Shown piece after piece: positions 17,974 to 27,362 of a stretch of DNA of 64,000 bases. The stretch comes from a virus, in IMG/VR virus record IMGVR_UViG_3300029952_000010, positions 4,368 through 68,367 of that record; one strand, written 5' to 3'. Position 1 is the first letter of the stretch, and each line of letters opens with the position of its first letter. The notes beneath the pieces are model-generated. The model was not told the origin of the DNA. It saw only the letters and a list, made by a program, of their open reading frames with translations, and did no database searches. Position numbers and translations under genes: made by a program.

Positions 17974-19219
17974 ATTCTCCTTTTTTAATTACTTCCTGCG
18001 CCTTATCGATAGCACTTGTAGGAATATCTAATTTAAAAGCCTCTATTTTTTCTTTGTATTTTTTAGCCTTTTCCAAACACTCTTCAATACTATCTCCAAT
18101 TGCTATTAAAGCCCCTATATTGTCAAAATCGGAAAAACGGGGTATTACATGATACGTGTCGTCAATTATACAATAATTTCTTAATTTGACCCATCTTGAT
18201 ATGCTGTCAGGAAAATCAATATTATACCAACGGTTTTCTGCCCAAGGACTGTCAAGCATAATCTCTATGCCATACTTGCCCTCAAATACAGGTTGTATCA
18301 TTTTACCATCAGAGCCATGCCATATTATCTCGGATAAGTTTTGCAGCATTTCCATATATAATTCCCCTGGTGGGCTGCCTAATCGGCATGTAATATCAGT
18401 TATCTTGCTAACCTTATCTTTTCCGCACCTGCCCTCGGTATGAAAGAAATTCCTGTAACGGTGTTTTTCTAACTCAGGGGCTATAACATCGTTAAATTCG
18501 GTAATTAGCGGTGAGAATTTTTTATATTCTTTAACTACGCAACAATAGCTAACATCTTTAACCTCATATCCGAATATAGTCTTATCAGGAAAATTCCCGT
18601 CAATACAGTATCCGTCATAACCATATTCAACAATATCGTCACCATCGATAGGGTCAACAATAAGCCATTCAAGTTGCTTACTTGCAGCGCCTAATTTATA
18701 TTCTATTTCATCTAAATAAGCCTCCGATGTTTTATAGTTAGAATGATGCCAAGTTTCACCGTCACCCCTATATAAATTGGTTTTTATCCATTTATCATCA
18801 GTTTTTTGCAATGCTTTTCGCAATGCATCTATGCCGATTATTTGCTTCATTTCAGGCTGTGCAAGACCTTTTGATTTAAAGAATTTATTTGATTTGTACC
18901 GTTGCAGTTCAAACTCGTCGCCAAGTCGGCTCCCCCAAACACGTTTCCCTAAACTTTCAAGGAGTAACTGAGTTTCACCAAAATAAATGGACGGGAAAAT
19001 AAACACATCAACTTCATCTATATATGCCTCCCAACTTTCAACCCGTTCAACCTTTGGTATGCCTCGACCTATCCAATCGTTTTTACTTTTTGGATACTCT
19101 CCTCTCCATTCCGAAAAGTAGTAAACATGCTTAAAATCACGGGATAAACGAACGGCTAATGATAGGTATAAACCATCATCAAATACTAAAGCAATTTTAT
19201 CTTTTACTATTTCGTTCAT
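17951..19219 (-). CDS. ATP-grasp ligase (PurD-like fold)
   Basis: ELQR, KWIK, EYGYDG, TDITCRLGSP pattern of PurD-like ATP-grasp enzymes. Confidence 0.7.
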   Translation of the reverse strand: MNEIVKDKIALVFDDGLYLSLAVRLSRDFKHVYYFSEWRGEYPKSKNDWIGRGIPKVERVESWEAYIDEVDVFIFPSIYFGETQLLLESLGKRVWGSRLGDEFELQRYKSNKFFKSKGLAQPEMKQIIGIDALRKALQKTDDKWIKTNLYRGDGETWHHSNYKTSEAYLDEIEYKLGAASKQLEWLIVDPIDGDDIVEYGYDGYCIDGNFPDKTIFGYEVKDVSYCCVVKEYKKFSPLITEFNDVIAPELEKHRYRNFFHTEGRCGKDKVSKITDITCRLGSPPGELYMEMLQNLSEIIWHGSDGKMIQPVFEGKYGIEIMLDSPWAENRWYNIDFPDSISRWVKLRNYCIIDDTYHVIPRFSDFDNIGALIAIGDSIEECLEKAKKYKEKIEAFKLDIPTSAIDKAQEVIKKGESIGLKFD

Positions 19220-19344
19220 TTCATAAATTCTTCAGACGTTTCATCATCGCTCCACAACTCATCGTCAATAGGGTCTATACCCTCTGTTGGTACGCTAATC
19301 TCCGGGTCGGGTTCGTAGTCGTAATCTTCATCAGGCTCTATCAT
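19216..19344 (-). CDS. 42-aa acidic micropeptide
   Basis: MIEPDEDYDYEPDPEISVPTEGIDPIDDELWSDDETSEEFMK; ATGA overlap with ATP-grasp start. Confidence 0.6.
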   Translation of the reverse strand: MIEPDEDYDYEPDPEISVPTEGIDPIDDELWSDDETSEEFMK

Positions 19345-19498
19345 CTTCTCCCAAATTTAATTGTAATAATTGGTAAATACTATCTAATACCTCTTTTTGT
19401 TTGTCCGTAGCAATAGTTATGCACCGTTCCCCGTTCGGGTAAGTGGTGAAGGCTACCGATTCTGTTTCGGAATGTATTGTTTCAATTGTCACCCGCAT
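19331..19498 (-). CDS. 55-aa hypothetical protein
   Basis: MRVTIETIHSETESVAFTTYPNGERCITI...; fills the gap with short overlaps. Confidence 0.55.
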   Translation of the reverse strand: MRVTIETIHSETESVAFTTYPNGERCITIATDKQKEVLDSIYQLLQLNLGEDDRA

Positions 19499-22400
19499 AA
19501 GAAGAATATTTTTTTGCCTTATATGGCTTCACATCATCGACATTCTCACGTAATACAGGCAAACCAGTTTCAACTGTCTGCCATAACTGAGTTGGTAATC
19601 CTTCGCCTTTTTCGGGGTATCTCGCATCTGAATTATCAGTCCATTTAGCGACCTGTTGCAATATAGCAGGGTCAATTTGACCTTTCGCTTCGTTTGATAG
19701 GAATGTGTTAAGTTTATCCGTTGACCCCATTGCTGTACTTATTTGCTGTAACTGGTCTGCCAAAGGTATATGCTCACTTAGACCAGTAGCTGTTGCTAAT
19801 AGAGGGGATTGTTTTAAACTTTTGCCTGCCGTTTCTGCATCTATATATTTACTATATGATGCATAAGCCTGCATAGATAGAAATAATGGATGGTCAAACA
19901 ATTGAGATGGTAGACCTAATACGGCTCCTTCTTTTTGGTCGTCATCTGATTTGTAAAAACCTCCGAAATATTGAGGGTTAAAAAAAGCATAAGCCGCTAA
20001 TGCCCCACCTATTGAACCTTTTTTCATGTTCCTAAGTATCATATCAGCCTGTGCATCAGTAACGCTTTTAAACCCGTCCTTTTTCCCAATAGCCTGCAAT
20101 ATTTTAATGCCACTTGACAGAATGCCCCCACCCGCATAATGATACCCCTCTAAAGCGATATTAGATGGTACTTTCATAAATGGGACAAGTGCCCGTAAAA
20201 CTGCACCTGCCGTCCTTGTGCCAACATGGTCACCGTTTTCAAGTGTTTTTGCAAAATTCTCAAATATAGATGCGAACTTATTGTCAGACATAAATATTCG
20301 CCTTTCAGCATCCTTGTATGCCATCATTCTATTTTGAGCATCTATTATGCTGTCATTAGGATCAAATCCGGCACGTATTGTATTAGCTACACGTTTTGCA
20401 TAGCTATGTTCCCATGCTATACGTTTAAAAGGCGCTTTAATAGCAGAGTGCAAATGACCTATAAAGTCCAGCGCTTCGGGAGTCCCTTCTTTCAACCCAT
20501 TTTTACTATATAAAGCCTGTAAGTCACTACCTCCTTTTTTAACAGCATCATAAGCGTCTTTCATCCCTTTCGTTGCGCCTTTTGCAAAAGCTTTACCAAT
20601 TGACGATGCCATATCGAGGTCAGGATTGTTTTTAGCGGCACCCTTCATCCTACTTCGAGATACGAATTGTTCTCCAAGTGATTTTTCACGTATCCCTTTT
20701 GGAACCAATAAATTACTAAATCTTCCTGCCTGTTCCTCTAATGGTATTGCGGCCATTGTTGTTGCACCTGCTGCAAACAGCTTACCCAATACAGGCAAGG
20801 ACGCTAATTTAGAAATCCTGCCATACTTAACCACTTTGCCTAGACCCTTATCCCATGCTGCTTTTTGACTTTCAGCTATTTTAGCAATACGTCTGTCTGC
20901 CAAAGCCTGTTCCCTTATTAGGTCGGCACGAATGTCTAAATAATCTTTATCCACCTTCACCTTATCCATTACACGCTTTTCATAATTACCCGACTTAAGC
21001 GCTTCGGTCTTTTTCACCATCCGCCCTTTCGATGCAGCCAAACGCTTCTCATTCCTTTCAGCCAAATGCTTATCAAATCCGTCTTTTATAGCATCTTCAA
21101 TATCGTCAAGGTCAATTCCGTCTAAATGGTCTTTTAAGTCATTGTATATTTTATCGGCTACCTGTGCAATATTTACAGCGCCTTCCATAACATAGTTACG
21201 TGCAAGTTTAGCCATTGGCGCAAGAAACTCAACAGGTATTTTATTAGCGCCTATATTAGCCCGTGATTTTCGGGCAAGTGTGATTAATTCCGCCTTTATA
21301 TCTTCACGCTCTTTTCGTAAAGATGATTTTGTTATTTGCCTTTTTTGAGTACGTGCATCCAGTTCCTCGCCCCGCCTAACCTTATCGACGGTATTTTGGT
21401 CTGTTAATTTACGCACCTGTTCTTCCCTATCGGCAAGTTTGCCTTCCAGTTCTTCTATTCGTTTGGCGTGCTGCGCTACTTGCCCTTTTTCTTCTGCTGA
21501 TAGTTCACCGCCATTTTTAGCTTGCTTAGCCCGTTGTTCCATGTGGCTAATAGAATAGTCATCTGCCATTTCCTCTTGCCTCATACGAAGCGAACGCCCT
21601 GCAATATTGCCTATCTTTTCAGTAGCTTGCCTGTTTTTTTCAATTAACTCACGGTTTCGCTCATATTCAATATGGTTGCTTGACGCCTTTTCGGGGTTAG
21701 CTTCACTATCTTTAAGCAGGGCATTTTGCCTGTTTTTTAGCCGTTGCTTTTGGTACTGCAAAGCAGACTGTTCATCTTCATTGGCTGTATGCTTGCCCGA
21801 TATTACACGATCCGCTAATTCATTAGGATCAACTTCACCACTATCAACCAAACGCTTGCCTTCCTTAGATACTTCATCTACCGAACGCTTATCTCGTGGG
21901 ATATCTTCTTCACGCTCTTTTTCGACGTGGGAGTTTGTTATGCCGGTTTTGTCCTCTTCGGTTTTTTCGGGTTGCTGTACTTCGCCTGGAGTGCTTTTAT
22001 CTCCGCTATCGTTAGTTGTTCCATCTTCTTTTTTTTCATTAACAGGCGGCTCATCACCGCCCGTTTCATTTAGCAGTTCCCCGCTCCCTTGTACCCCTTT
22101 TTCAGAGCTTTCGGAATTTTGGTCGGCATCTTCATCCCTTCCTTTACTACTTTCGCTTTGGCTGCTTTGCCCGCTGTCATCTTTTTCATTTTCTGTTGGG
22201 TTTTGTTGTTTATTTATTATTTCCTTTAGTTGATTATTAAGCCCTTTGCGCTTTTCTTTTAGAACATCTTGCTCTGCTTCCTCTACTGGGTTATTGGCTT
22301 GTTTAACAAGTTTATTATCGATGTCGGTTATTTGGTCGCCAATGGCTGTTTTTTGCTTCTCAACTGGGTCTATTTGCTTATGCACATCGTTGACCTTATC

Positions 22401-23771
22401 GACTGCCGATTGTTTTTGTTCATCGGTAATAGGTAATTCATTTATACCGTCAATAACTCCTTGCTTATCTTTAGCTATCGCATTTGTAAATGCCTTTACC
22501 GAAGCGGCTTTCCCGTTCAAAGATGATGCGACTATTTGTTCCTGCTTTTCTTCGGGATCGTCTGCCCTGTACGCATTGTCGGCATGTATGCCGCCTTTAA
22601 CCTGCAAATCGGTAGGATTTTCTTTTGCCTCATGTACCGCTTTGATAGAAGGCAAATCTGCCTGCATAAAATTATGAAGGTCAATTAATGGCGAACGTTG
22701 TTGAACTTCTTTTGCAGCGCCATCAGAGGCTTCTTTACCTTCGGGTTCTCCATGAAATATACCCGTTAACCCGCCGAAAATAGCGGTTCCCTTTAGCCCA
22801 TCAAATGATGTGCTTTTACCTTGCAATGCATTGGAAATAAACGGAACGGCACTAAATGCGGCTGCTTGTGATGTAGAGTGTAATATCTTCCTTCCAACCA
22901 ATTGCGCTGTTTTGTTCCACCCCGAATCTTCCATAGCCTTTGCGCCTATTTCAGATACTTTACCCGCTGCACTTGCTGCGCCGTCAAAAAATACACCTTT
23001 ACCGTATTCCTTCATTCCGTTTGCAAAAGCTGATTTAACAGCATCGCCGTTTGACTGCCCTGCATTTACAGCATCGTCATACCTATCAGACAACCCTTTT
23101 ACTCCCTGTTGAATAGGAAATTTGCCAATTAGTGCATTTGCTATTTTAGGTGCGTATTTTCCACCTTTAGATAAAACTTCCCCTAATTTACCCAACTTTG
23201 CAACATCCAATTCAGGTGTCAACGCAAGTTCTATCAGGTCAGGGGCAAAACCCGCTGCGGATGACGCTACACCTCCCATGGTAGTATTTGGTAGTTGGTT
23301 TGACTCTGCCGTATTTTTTTCTATTTTAGATATGCCGTCTAACCCCGACGCAAAATTATTAACCAACTCCCTTGCAGGAGCTAATGAAGGGCTATTCATT
23401 GCGTTATTAGCCACGAATCGACTTAATCCTGCTACGTCCTTACTTATTCCTTCGCCTATCTTTGCGGGTAAAAAATCGCCTATATTACTCCACGTATTAT
23501 TTGGCGCATGTTTAGCTTTTAATTGTGCATCGTATTCCGCTGGGTTGCCTCCTGCTTTAATAACCCTGTCCCTGTTTTGTTGCCCAATCTGTTTAACGAC
23601 ATTTGGGTCAAGAATGGGTTTATTAGGCTGATTGTGTTGATTGGTATGTGGCGTATTTGTAGCTGCTTTTTTAGGCAATATCCCAAAAGGGTCACCACCA
23701 TCGCTTGTTTTTGCAGGCGCTGACTTAGGTAATATTCCTAAAGGGTCTTTTGGGTCAGTTACCTCATCCAT
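19482..23771 (-). CDS. Large internal virion (ejection/cargo) protein
   Basis: 1429 aa, helical, DP(L/F)GILPK repeats at N-terminus, last of three ejection-like genes. Confidence 0.65.
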   Translation of the reverse strand: MDEVTDPKDPLGILPKSAPAKTSDGGDPFGILPKKAATNTPHTNQHNQPNKPILDPNVVKQIGQQNRDRVIKAGGNPAEYDAQLKAKHAPNNTWSNIGDFLPAKIGEGISKDVAGLSRFVANNAMNSPSLAPARELVNNFASGLDGISKIEKNTAESNQLPNTTMGGVASSAAGFAPDLIELALTPELDVAKLGKLGEVLSKGGKYAPKIANALIGKFPIQQGVKGLSDRYDDAVNAGQSNGDAVKSAFANGMKEYGKGVFFDGAASAAGKVSEIGAKAMEDSGWNKTAQLVGRKILHSTSQAAAFSAVPFISNALQGKSTSFDGLKGTAIFGGLTGIFHGEPEGKEASDGAAKEVQQRSPLIDLHNFMQADLPSIKAVHEAKENPTDLQVKGGIHADNAYRADDPEEKQEQIVASSLNGKAASVKAFTNAIAKDKQGVIDGINELPITDEQKQSAVDKVNDVHKQIDPVEKQKTAIGDQITDIDNKLVKQANNPVEEAEQDVLKEKRKGLNNQLKEIINKQQNPTENEKDDSGQSSQSESSKGRDEDADQNSESSEKGVQGSGELLNETGGDEPPVNEKKEDGTTNDSGDKSTPGEVQQPEKTEEDKTGITNSHVEKEREEDIPRDKRSVDEVSKEGKRLVDSGEVDPNELADRVISGKHTANEDEQSALQYQKQRLKNRQNALLKDSEANPEKASSNHIEYERNRELIEKNRQATEKIGNIAGRSLRMRQEEMADDYSISHMEQRAKQAKNGGELSAEEKGQVAQHAKRIEELEGKLADREEQVRKLTDQNTVDKVRRGEELDARTQKRQITKSSLRKEREDIKAELITLARKSRANIGANKIPVEFLAPMAKLARNYVMEGAVNIAQVADKIYNDLKDHLDGIDLDDIEDAIKDGFDKHLAERNEKRLAASKGRMVKKTEALKSGNYEKRVMDKVKVDKDYLDIRADLIREQALADRRIAKIAESQKAAWDKGLGKVVKYGRISKLASLPVLGKLFAAGATTMAAIPLEEQAGRFSNLLVPKGIREKSLGEQFVSRSRMKGAAKNNPDLDMASSIGKAFAKGATKGMKDAYDAVKKGGSDLQALYSKNGLKEGTPEALDFIGHLHSAIKAPFKRIAWEHSYAKRVANTIRAGFDPNDSIIDAQNRMMAYKDAERRIFMSDNKFASIFENFAKTLENGDHVGTRTAGAVLRALVPFMKVPSNIALEGYHYAGGGILSSGIKILQAIGKKDGFKSVTDAQADMILRNMKKGSIGGALAAYAFFNPQYFGGFYKSDDDQKEGAVLGLPSQLFDHPLFLSMQAYASYSKYIDAETAGKSLKQSPLLATATGLSEHIPLADQLQQISTAMGSTDKLNTFLSNEAKGQIDPAILQQVAKWTDNSDARYPEKGEGLPTQLWQTVETGLPVLRENVDDVKPYKAKKYSSYAGDN

Positions 23772-25306
23772 TATTTCAACGTCCCTTCACTTATTGCTAA
23801 TTCAATCTGAGCATCAGTATACCCCGCTGCTTTTAGTTGTGTATGAGTATATTTTTTACCGCCTTGCGCTGAATATGTCTGTTCTTTTTTAGTAGAAGCC
23901 TGCGGTTGCTTTCCCCTAACAGTTGCTTGCGCCTCCTTATCAATATCACTAACAGGAACTTTCAACTGCTTTAATGCAGCACCCATAGTTTCGTGATATG
24001 ATTTTGGGTCGGATGGGTCAAGTGGAATGTCTTTTGATTTTTCAACTTCGGTATACGGGTCTTGCAGTTTGCTATATTTGCTACTTTTCTCAAATGGCAC
24101 TTTATCCCCACCGAACATGCCTAATGTTTTATTTGCCTTTTCAGGATTTTTATCATACTGTGATTTTAATTGTTCGTTGTACGCTTGCTTTGACTTATCC
24201 AATTTTACCACGGCAGGCACATGCAAAGTCTGTGTTCCATCAGGATTGCTTTGTATAACAGGCTTATCGCCCGGTTTAAACTGACCTTTCGGCACGTTAT
24301 TATCTAAGTACTGTTGTGCCTGCTGTGTATTTCCCTGTCTACCTGCCTCGAAAGTGGTATATGTAGGCGTAATTTTTGCCGCACCCGACCCTATGCCATG
24401 CGATTGTTTCCATTCTTCATGAGCATAAAAGTTATCAGGCTTTTCAGGCTTTTGATATTTAGATTGCCCTGGTATATTTTCTACGGGATGGTCTTTAATA
24501 AACGCCTGCACCAAAGCAGCCTGTTTTTGTTCAGGCGGAATATTTGGGTCTTGCGCTATTTGCGGATATGTTTTAGCAAGTATTATAGGCGCATCTTTAT
24601 TAGTAGTTACGTAATTAAGCAACTTGTGTGCATACTCAGTTTGGTTAACATATTTTGTGCTTTGCGTAAAAGTTCCTGTTTGACCATTAATACTCGCCTT
24701 AAACTCTTTCGGGGCAACATATTTGCCCGTTAATGGGTCTGTATCTTCAACTGCATTTTCTTTTACACCTTTTGTAATATCATCAATATTTTTGTTGAAC
24801 TTATCCATATCGGGCTGCCTTTGCAAACTACCAAAATCTTTGATGTAGTCAGGGCTGCTTTGAGGTGAATTAAAAGACTTCATCATCTTATCGTGAGCAT
24901 CATCGGCAAACGTATTGTAAAAATCCTTATTCTTTATGCCCTGTTGCTGTATAAACTTTTCATTTGCTGCGCCTGCTTTACTATCGCTTACATAGCCGCC
25001 TAAGTCTTGAAACCCCTTATCAACTTGTGCTTGTAATTGCGCTTTTTTATATGGGTCACGCTCATTTATCATTTGCCTGCCAACCGACTGTAATTGGGAG
25101 TATTTATCCATATACCCCTGTCTGTCAGGTTCACGTATGCCTGCGGGTGAAGATTTAGCTAATTGGCCTTGTAGCTGCTTAACCTGTGCGTCACGTTGTT
25201 GTTTTTGTTGTTCAACAATATCTGCAAAGTTTTGTACAGCAGGCGCATTGTCATATACCGTTGCCCCGCCTTGCCCAATTCCTATATTCAAGTGCCCATT
25301 GCCCAT
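23771..25306 (-). CDS. Internal virion (ejection) protein
   Basis: Q/K-rich helical; position. Confidence 0.6.
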   Translation of the reverse strand: MGNGHLNIGIGQGGATVYDNAPAVQNFADIVEQQKQQRDAQVKQLQGQLAKSSPAGIREPDRQGYMDKYSQLQSVGRQMINERDPYKKAQLQAQVDKGFQDLGGYVSDSKAGAANEKFIQQQGIKNKDFYNTFADDAHDKMMKSFNSPQSSPDYIKDFGSLQRQPDMDKFNKNIDDITKGVKENAVEDTDPLTGKYVAPKEFKASINGQTGTFTQSTKYVNQTEYAHKLLNYVTTNKDAPIILAKTYPQIAQDPNIPPEQKQAALVQAFIKDHPVENIPGQSKYQKPEKPDNFYAHEEWKQSHGIGSGAAKITPTYTTFEAGRQGNTQQAQQYLDNNVPKGQFKPGDKPVIQSNPDGTQTLHVPAVVKLDKSKQAYNEQLKSQYDKNPEKANKTLGMFGGDKVPFEKSSKYSKLQDPYTEVEKSKDIPLDPSDPKSYHETMGAALKQLKVPVSDIDKEAQATVRGKQPQASTKKEQTYSAQGGKKYTHTQLKAAGYTDAQIELAISEGTLK

Positions 25307-25941
25307 TACGCCATATTGTTAAAAGGGTTCGTAGCATACGGGTTATCTACAGGAGTGTCGCCCGTAGCGTATGCGGGTTGAGAAGATTGGGGTGTTGTTC
25401 CTGTGGTCGTATTTGGGAAAGTAGAATTATACTTCGCCAAATTAGTAGCTATACTTGTAGCGCCATTAATAGCGTTGCCTAAGTTTTGATTGGATGCCCC
25501 TTGTAATGCTGCCGCCTTGTTAAACTGCTCTGTATATTTATCAAATTTGTTATACTGCTGTTTCGCTAATTTCTGTTGCGCTAAATCGCCCCTTGACTGC
25601 ATGGCTAAACGTAAATTATTTTCCCGTTGCCCTGCATCTGCTGCGTTTAATGACCCTGTTGCTAAATCTCCCTGACGTACAATAGCTGATAAGTTAGCGC
25701 CTGGATTTGCCGAACGGTTTTGTTGGGCTAATGCGCTTGCCTGATTTTGACCTATATTGTTTATTTGGTTATTGTATTGTTGCTGTGGAATACCTTGTTG
25801 AGCCATCTGATTAGCTATATTCAGGTTGTCGTAATATTCTTGCGGTATATTGTATGTAGGGCGGGGATTATTTTTATTAATCTCGCTTGCGTCGTGACCT
25901 TCTTTAATACTTTTGTAGGCGCTAATACCTGTACCTACCAA
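25306..25941 (-). CDS. Small ejection protein (start uncertain, frame open to 25998)
   Basis: G/A-rich hydrophobic N-terminus then Q/N-rich helix. Confidence 0.6.
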   Translation of the reverse strand: MVGTGISAYKSIKEGHDASEINKNNPRPTYNIPQEYYDNLNIANQMAQQGIPQQQYNNQINNIGQNQASALAQQNRSANPGANLSAIVRQGDLATGSLNAADAGQRENNLRLAMQSRGDLAQQKLAKQQYNKFDKYTEQFNKAAALQGASNQNLGNAINGATSIATNLAKYNSTFPNTTTGTTPQSSQPAYATGDTPVDNPYATNPFNNMA

Positions 25942-26023
25942 TCCGCCAATTGCGGCGACAGCTATAAATGTGATGATATACCTTCCTTTCTTATTAAATT
26001 ACTTGCTTCCATGATTTATCAGT

Positions 26024-26452
26024 CTAAAAATAAGGATTTATACGTTCTGTTTCAATAATCATTTCACGCAATTTATCTTCATCTGTTTCATTAGTTGGGT
26101 TAGCATGAATTGTCATCCATTTTACAGGGGTAAGCGTCTGTACTACACGTCGTGTCCCCGGAATTGTTCTGTCCATACAGGGTGCAACAATATGTTCGGG
26201 TTCCCCCTCATCTGTCCAAACCAAATATTCTCCCTCTAAAATAACAAAAAAATGCTCTGTTTTATGTAATTCCGTAGTAAATGTACAGTTTTTTGGGATA
26301 TTTATTGTTCTAATATAAATTCCCGGCGAAAAATCTTGTATCAAAGGCACTTCTGTACGGTTAGCTGAATGCCATAAAGCAAACTCCAAAGCATCTTTTG
26401 CATCTTTTGCGGTAGGCGTACAGGTTTCTTTCGTGACTTGTATTTCGCTCAT
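26024..26452 (-). CDS. Cupin-fold protein
   Basis: FSPGIYIRTINIP...HKTEH...PGTRRV...TIH. Confidence 0.7.
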   Translation of the reverse strand: MSEIQVTKETCTPTAKDAKDALEFALWHSANRTEVPLIQDFSPGIYIRTINIPKNCTFTTELHKTEHFFVILEGEYLVWTDEGEPEHIVAPCMDRTIPGTRRVVQTLTPVKWMTIHANPTNETDEDKLREMIIETERINPYF

Positions 26453-27360
26453 CTTACGCCAATTTTACTAATTTTTTCATTAACTTCAACCGTAAACAAT
26501 GCAACAGGCAAATTACCCGTTCCTGTAGTCAATGTTATTAACGCCCAATTGCCTTTCAATTTATCGCCGTTAAGTAAATCCGTGTTTTTATCCCGTAGAA
26601 ATTGAGCTGAATAAACGCCCTCTTTAGTATAAATCGTTGTACTGCCACTCGAATCTGACAGTATCCCCTTAACGAAATCCAAATCTTCTAAATCGCTTAT
26701 TTGACCAAGCGATGTTGTGATCCCGCCAACGGTAGTCACCCACAATTGATCCGACTGAACAGATAATGACTTGTAGGTCTTAACTTCTTTTGGTTGACCA
26801 TTACATACCAACTGTATGATTGACGGATAAGACACGCCACCAAAGTATGTATTACTACCAGCCTGACCGTTGTTTGATACGTAAAATGCCCCACTTCCCG
26901 CCACCAATGATTGCTCATACAAAGATATACCCCAATCAGGATAATAGTCCCTGAAATCGCTCCATTTCTCTTGTGATGGGTTATAGGCTAATGTTGTCCC
27001 CGCTTGTTGCGTCTTATCGCTAATATTAAATGCCTGTATTGAGCAATTGGCGTTAGAGTAAAATAACACATACCCATTGTATGTTGCTGTTATAGTTTCA
27101 ACAAAAAGGCCAGTTGTAGTCCTGCTGATACCAACTTCCCCACCTAAATTAGCTTGTACATACCCGCCAGATATGTTTAAAATCTGATAGGATATTTGGT
27201 ATATATGCCCTGCGGTTACGGGGTATGATAATAGGGTTATATTACCCGCTTGGCAGCTACTATGGGTTGCTACCGGACCCGACACGCTCCACCCTGTCGA
27301 ATTTGCTTCGGTGGTAAGGGTTACCGCTATTGGTTGATATTGTATCGCTGAGTAACCCAT
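26449..27360 (-). CDS. Tail protein resembling C-terminal part of stabilisation/muzzle protein
   Basis: TLAYN....WSDFRDYYPD, KTYKSLS, KEG, LKGNW. Confidence 0.55.
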   Translation of the reverse strand: MGYSAIQYQPIAVTLTTEANSTGWSVSGPVATHSSCQAGNITLLSYPVTAGHIYQISYQILNISGGYVQANLGGEVGISRTTTGLFVETITATYNGYVLFYSNANCSIQAFNISDKTQQAGTTLAYNPSQEKWSDFRDYYPDWGISLYEQSLVAGSGAFYVSNNGQAGSNTYFGGVSYPSIIQLVCNGQPKEVKTYKSLSVQSDQLWVTTVGGITTSLGQISDLEDLDFVKGILSDSSGSTTIYTKEGVYSAQFLRDKNTDLLNGDKLKGNWALITLTTGTGNLPVALFTVEVNEKISKIGVR

Positions 27361-27362
27361 AT

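Noticed and set aside
17951-19219. purD as an auxiliary metabolic gene
   Set aside because: Lacks the GSGGREHA N-terminal motif; no other purine genes
19482-23771. Virion RNA polymerase
   Set aside because: No DxDxD catalytic motif in a plausible context; host-type promoters precede late genes
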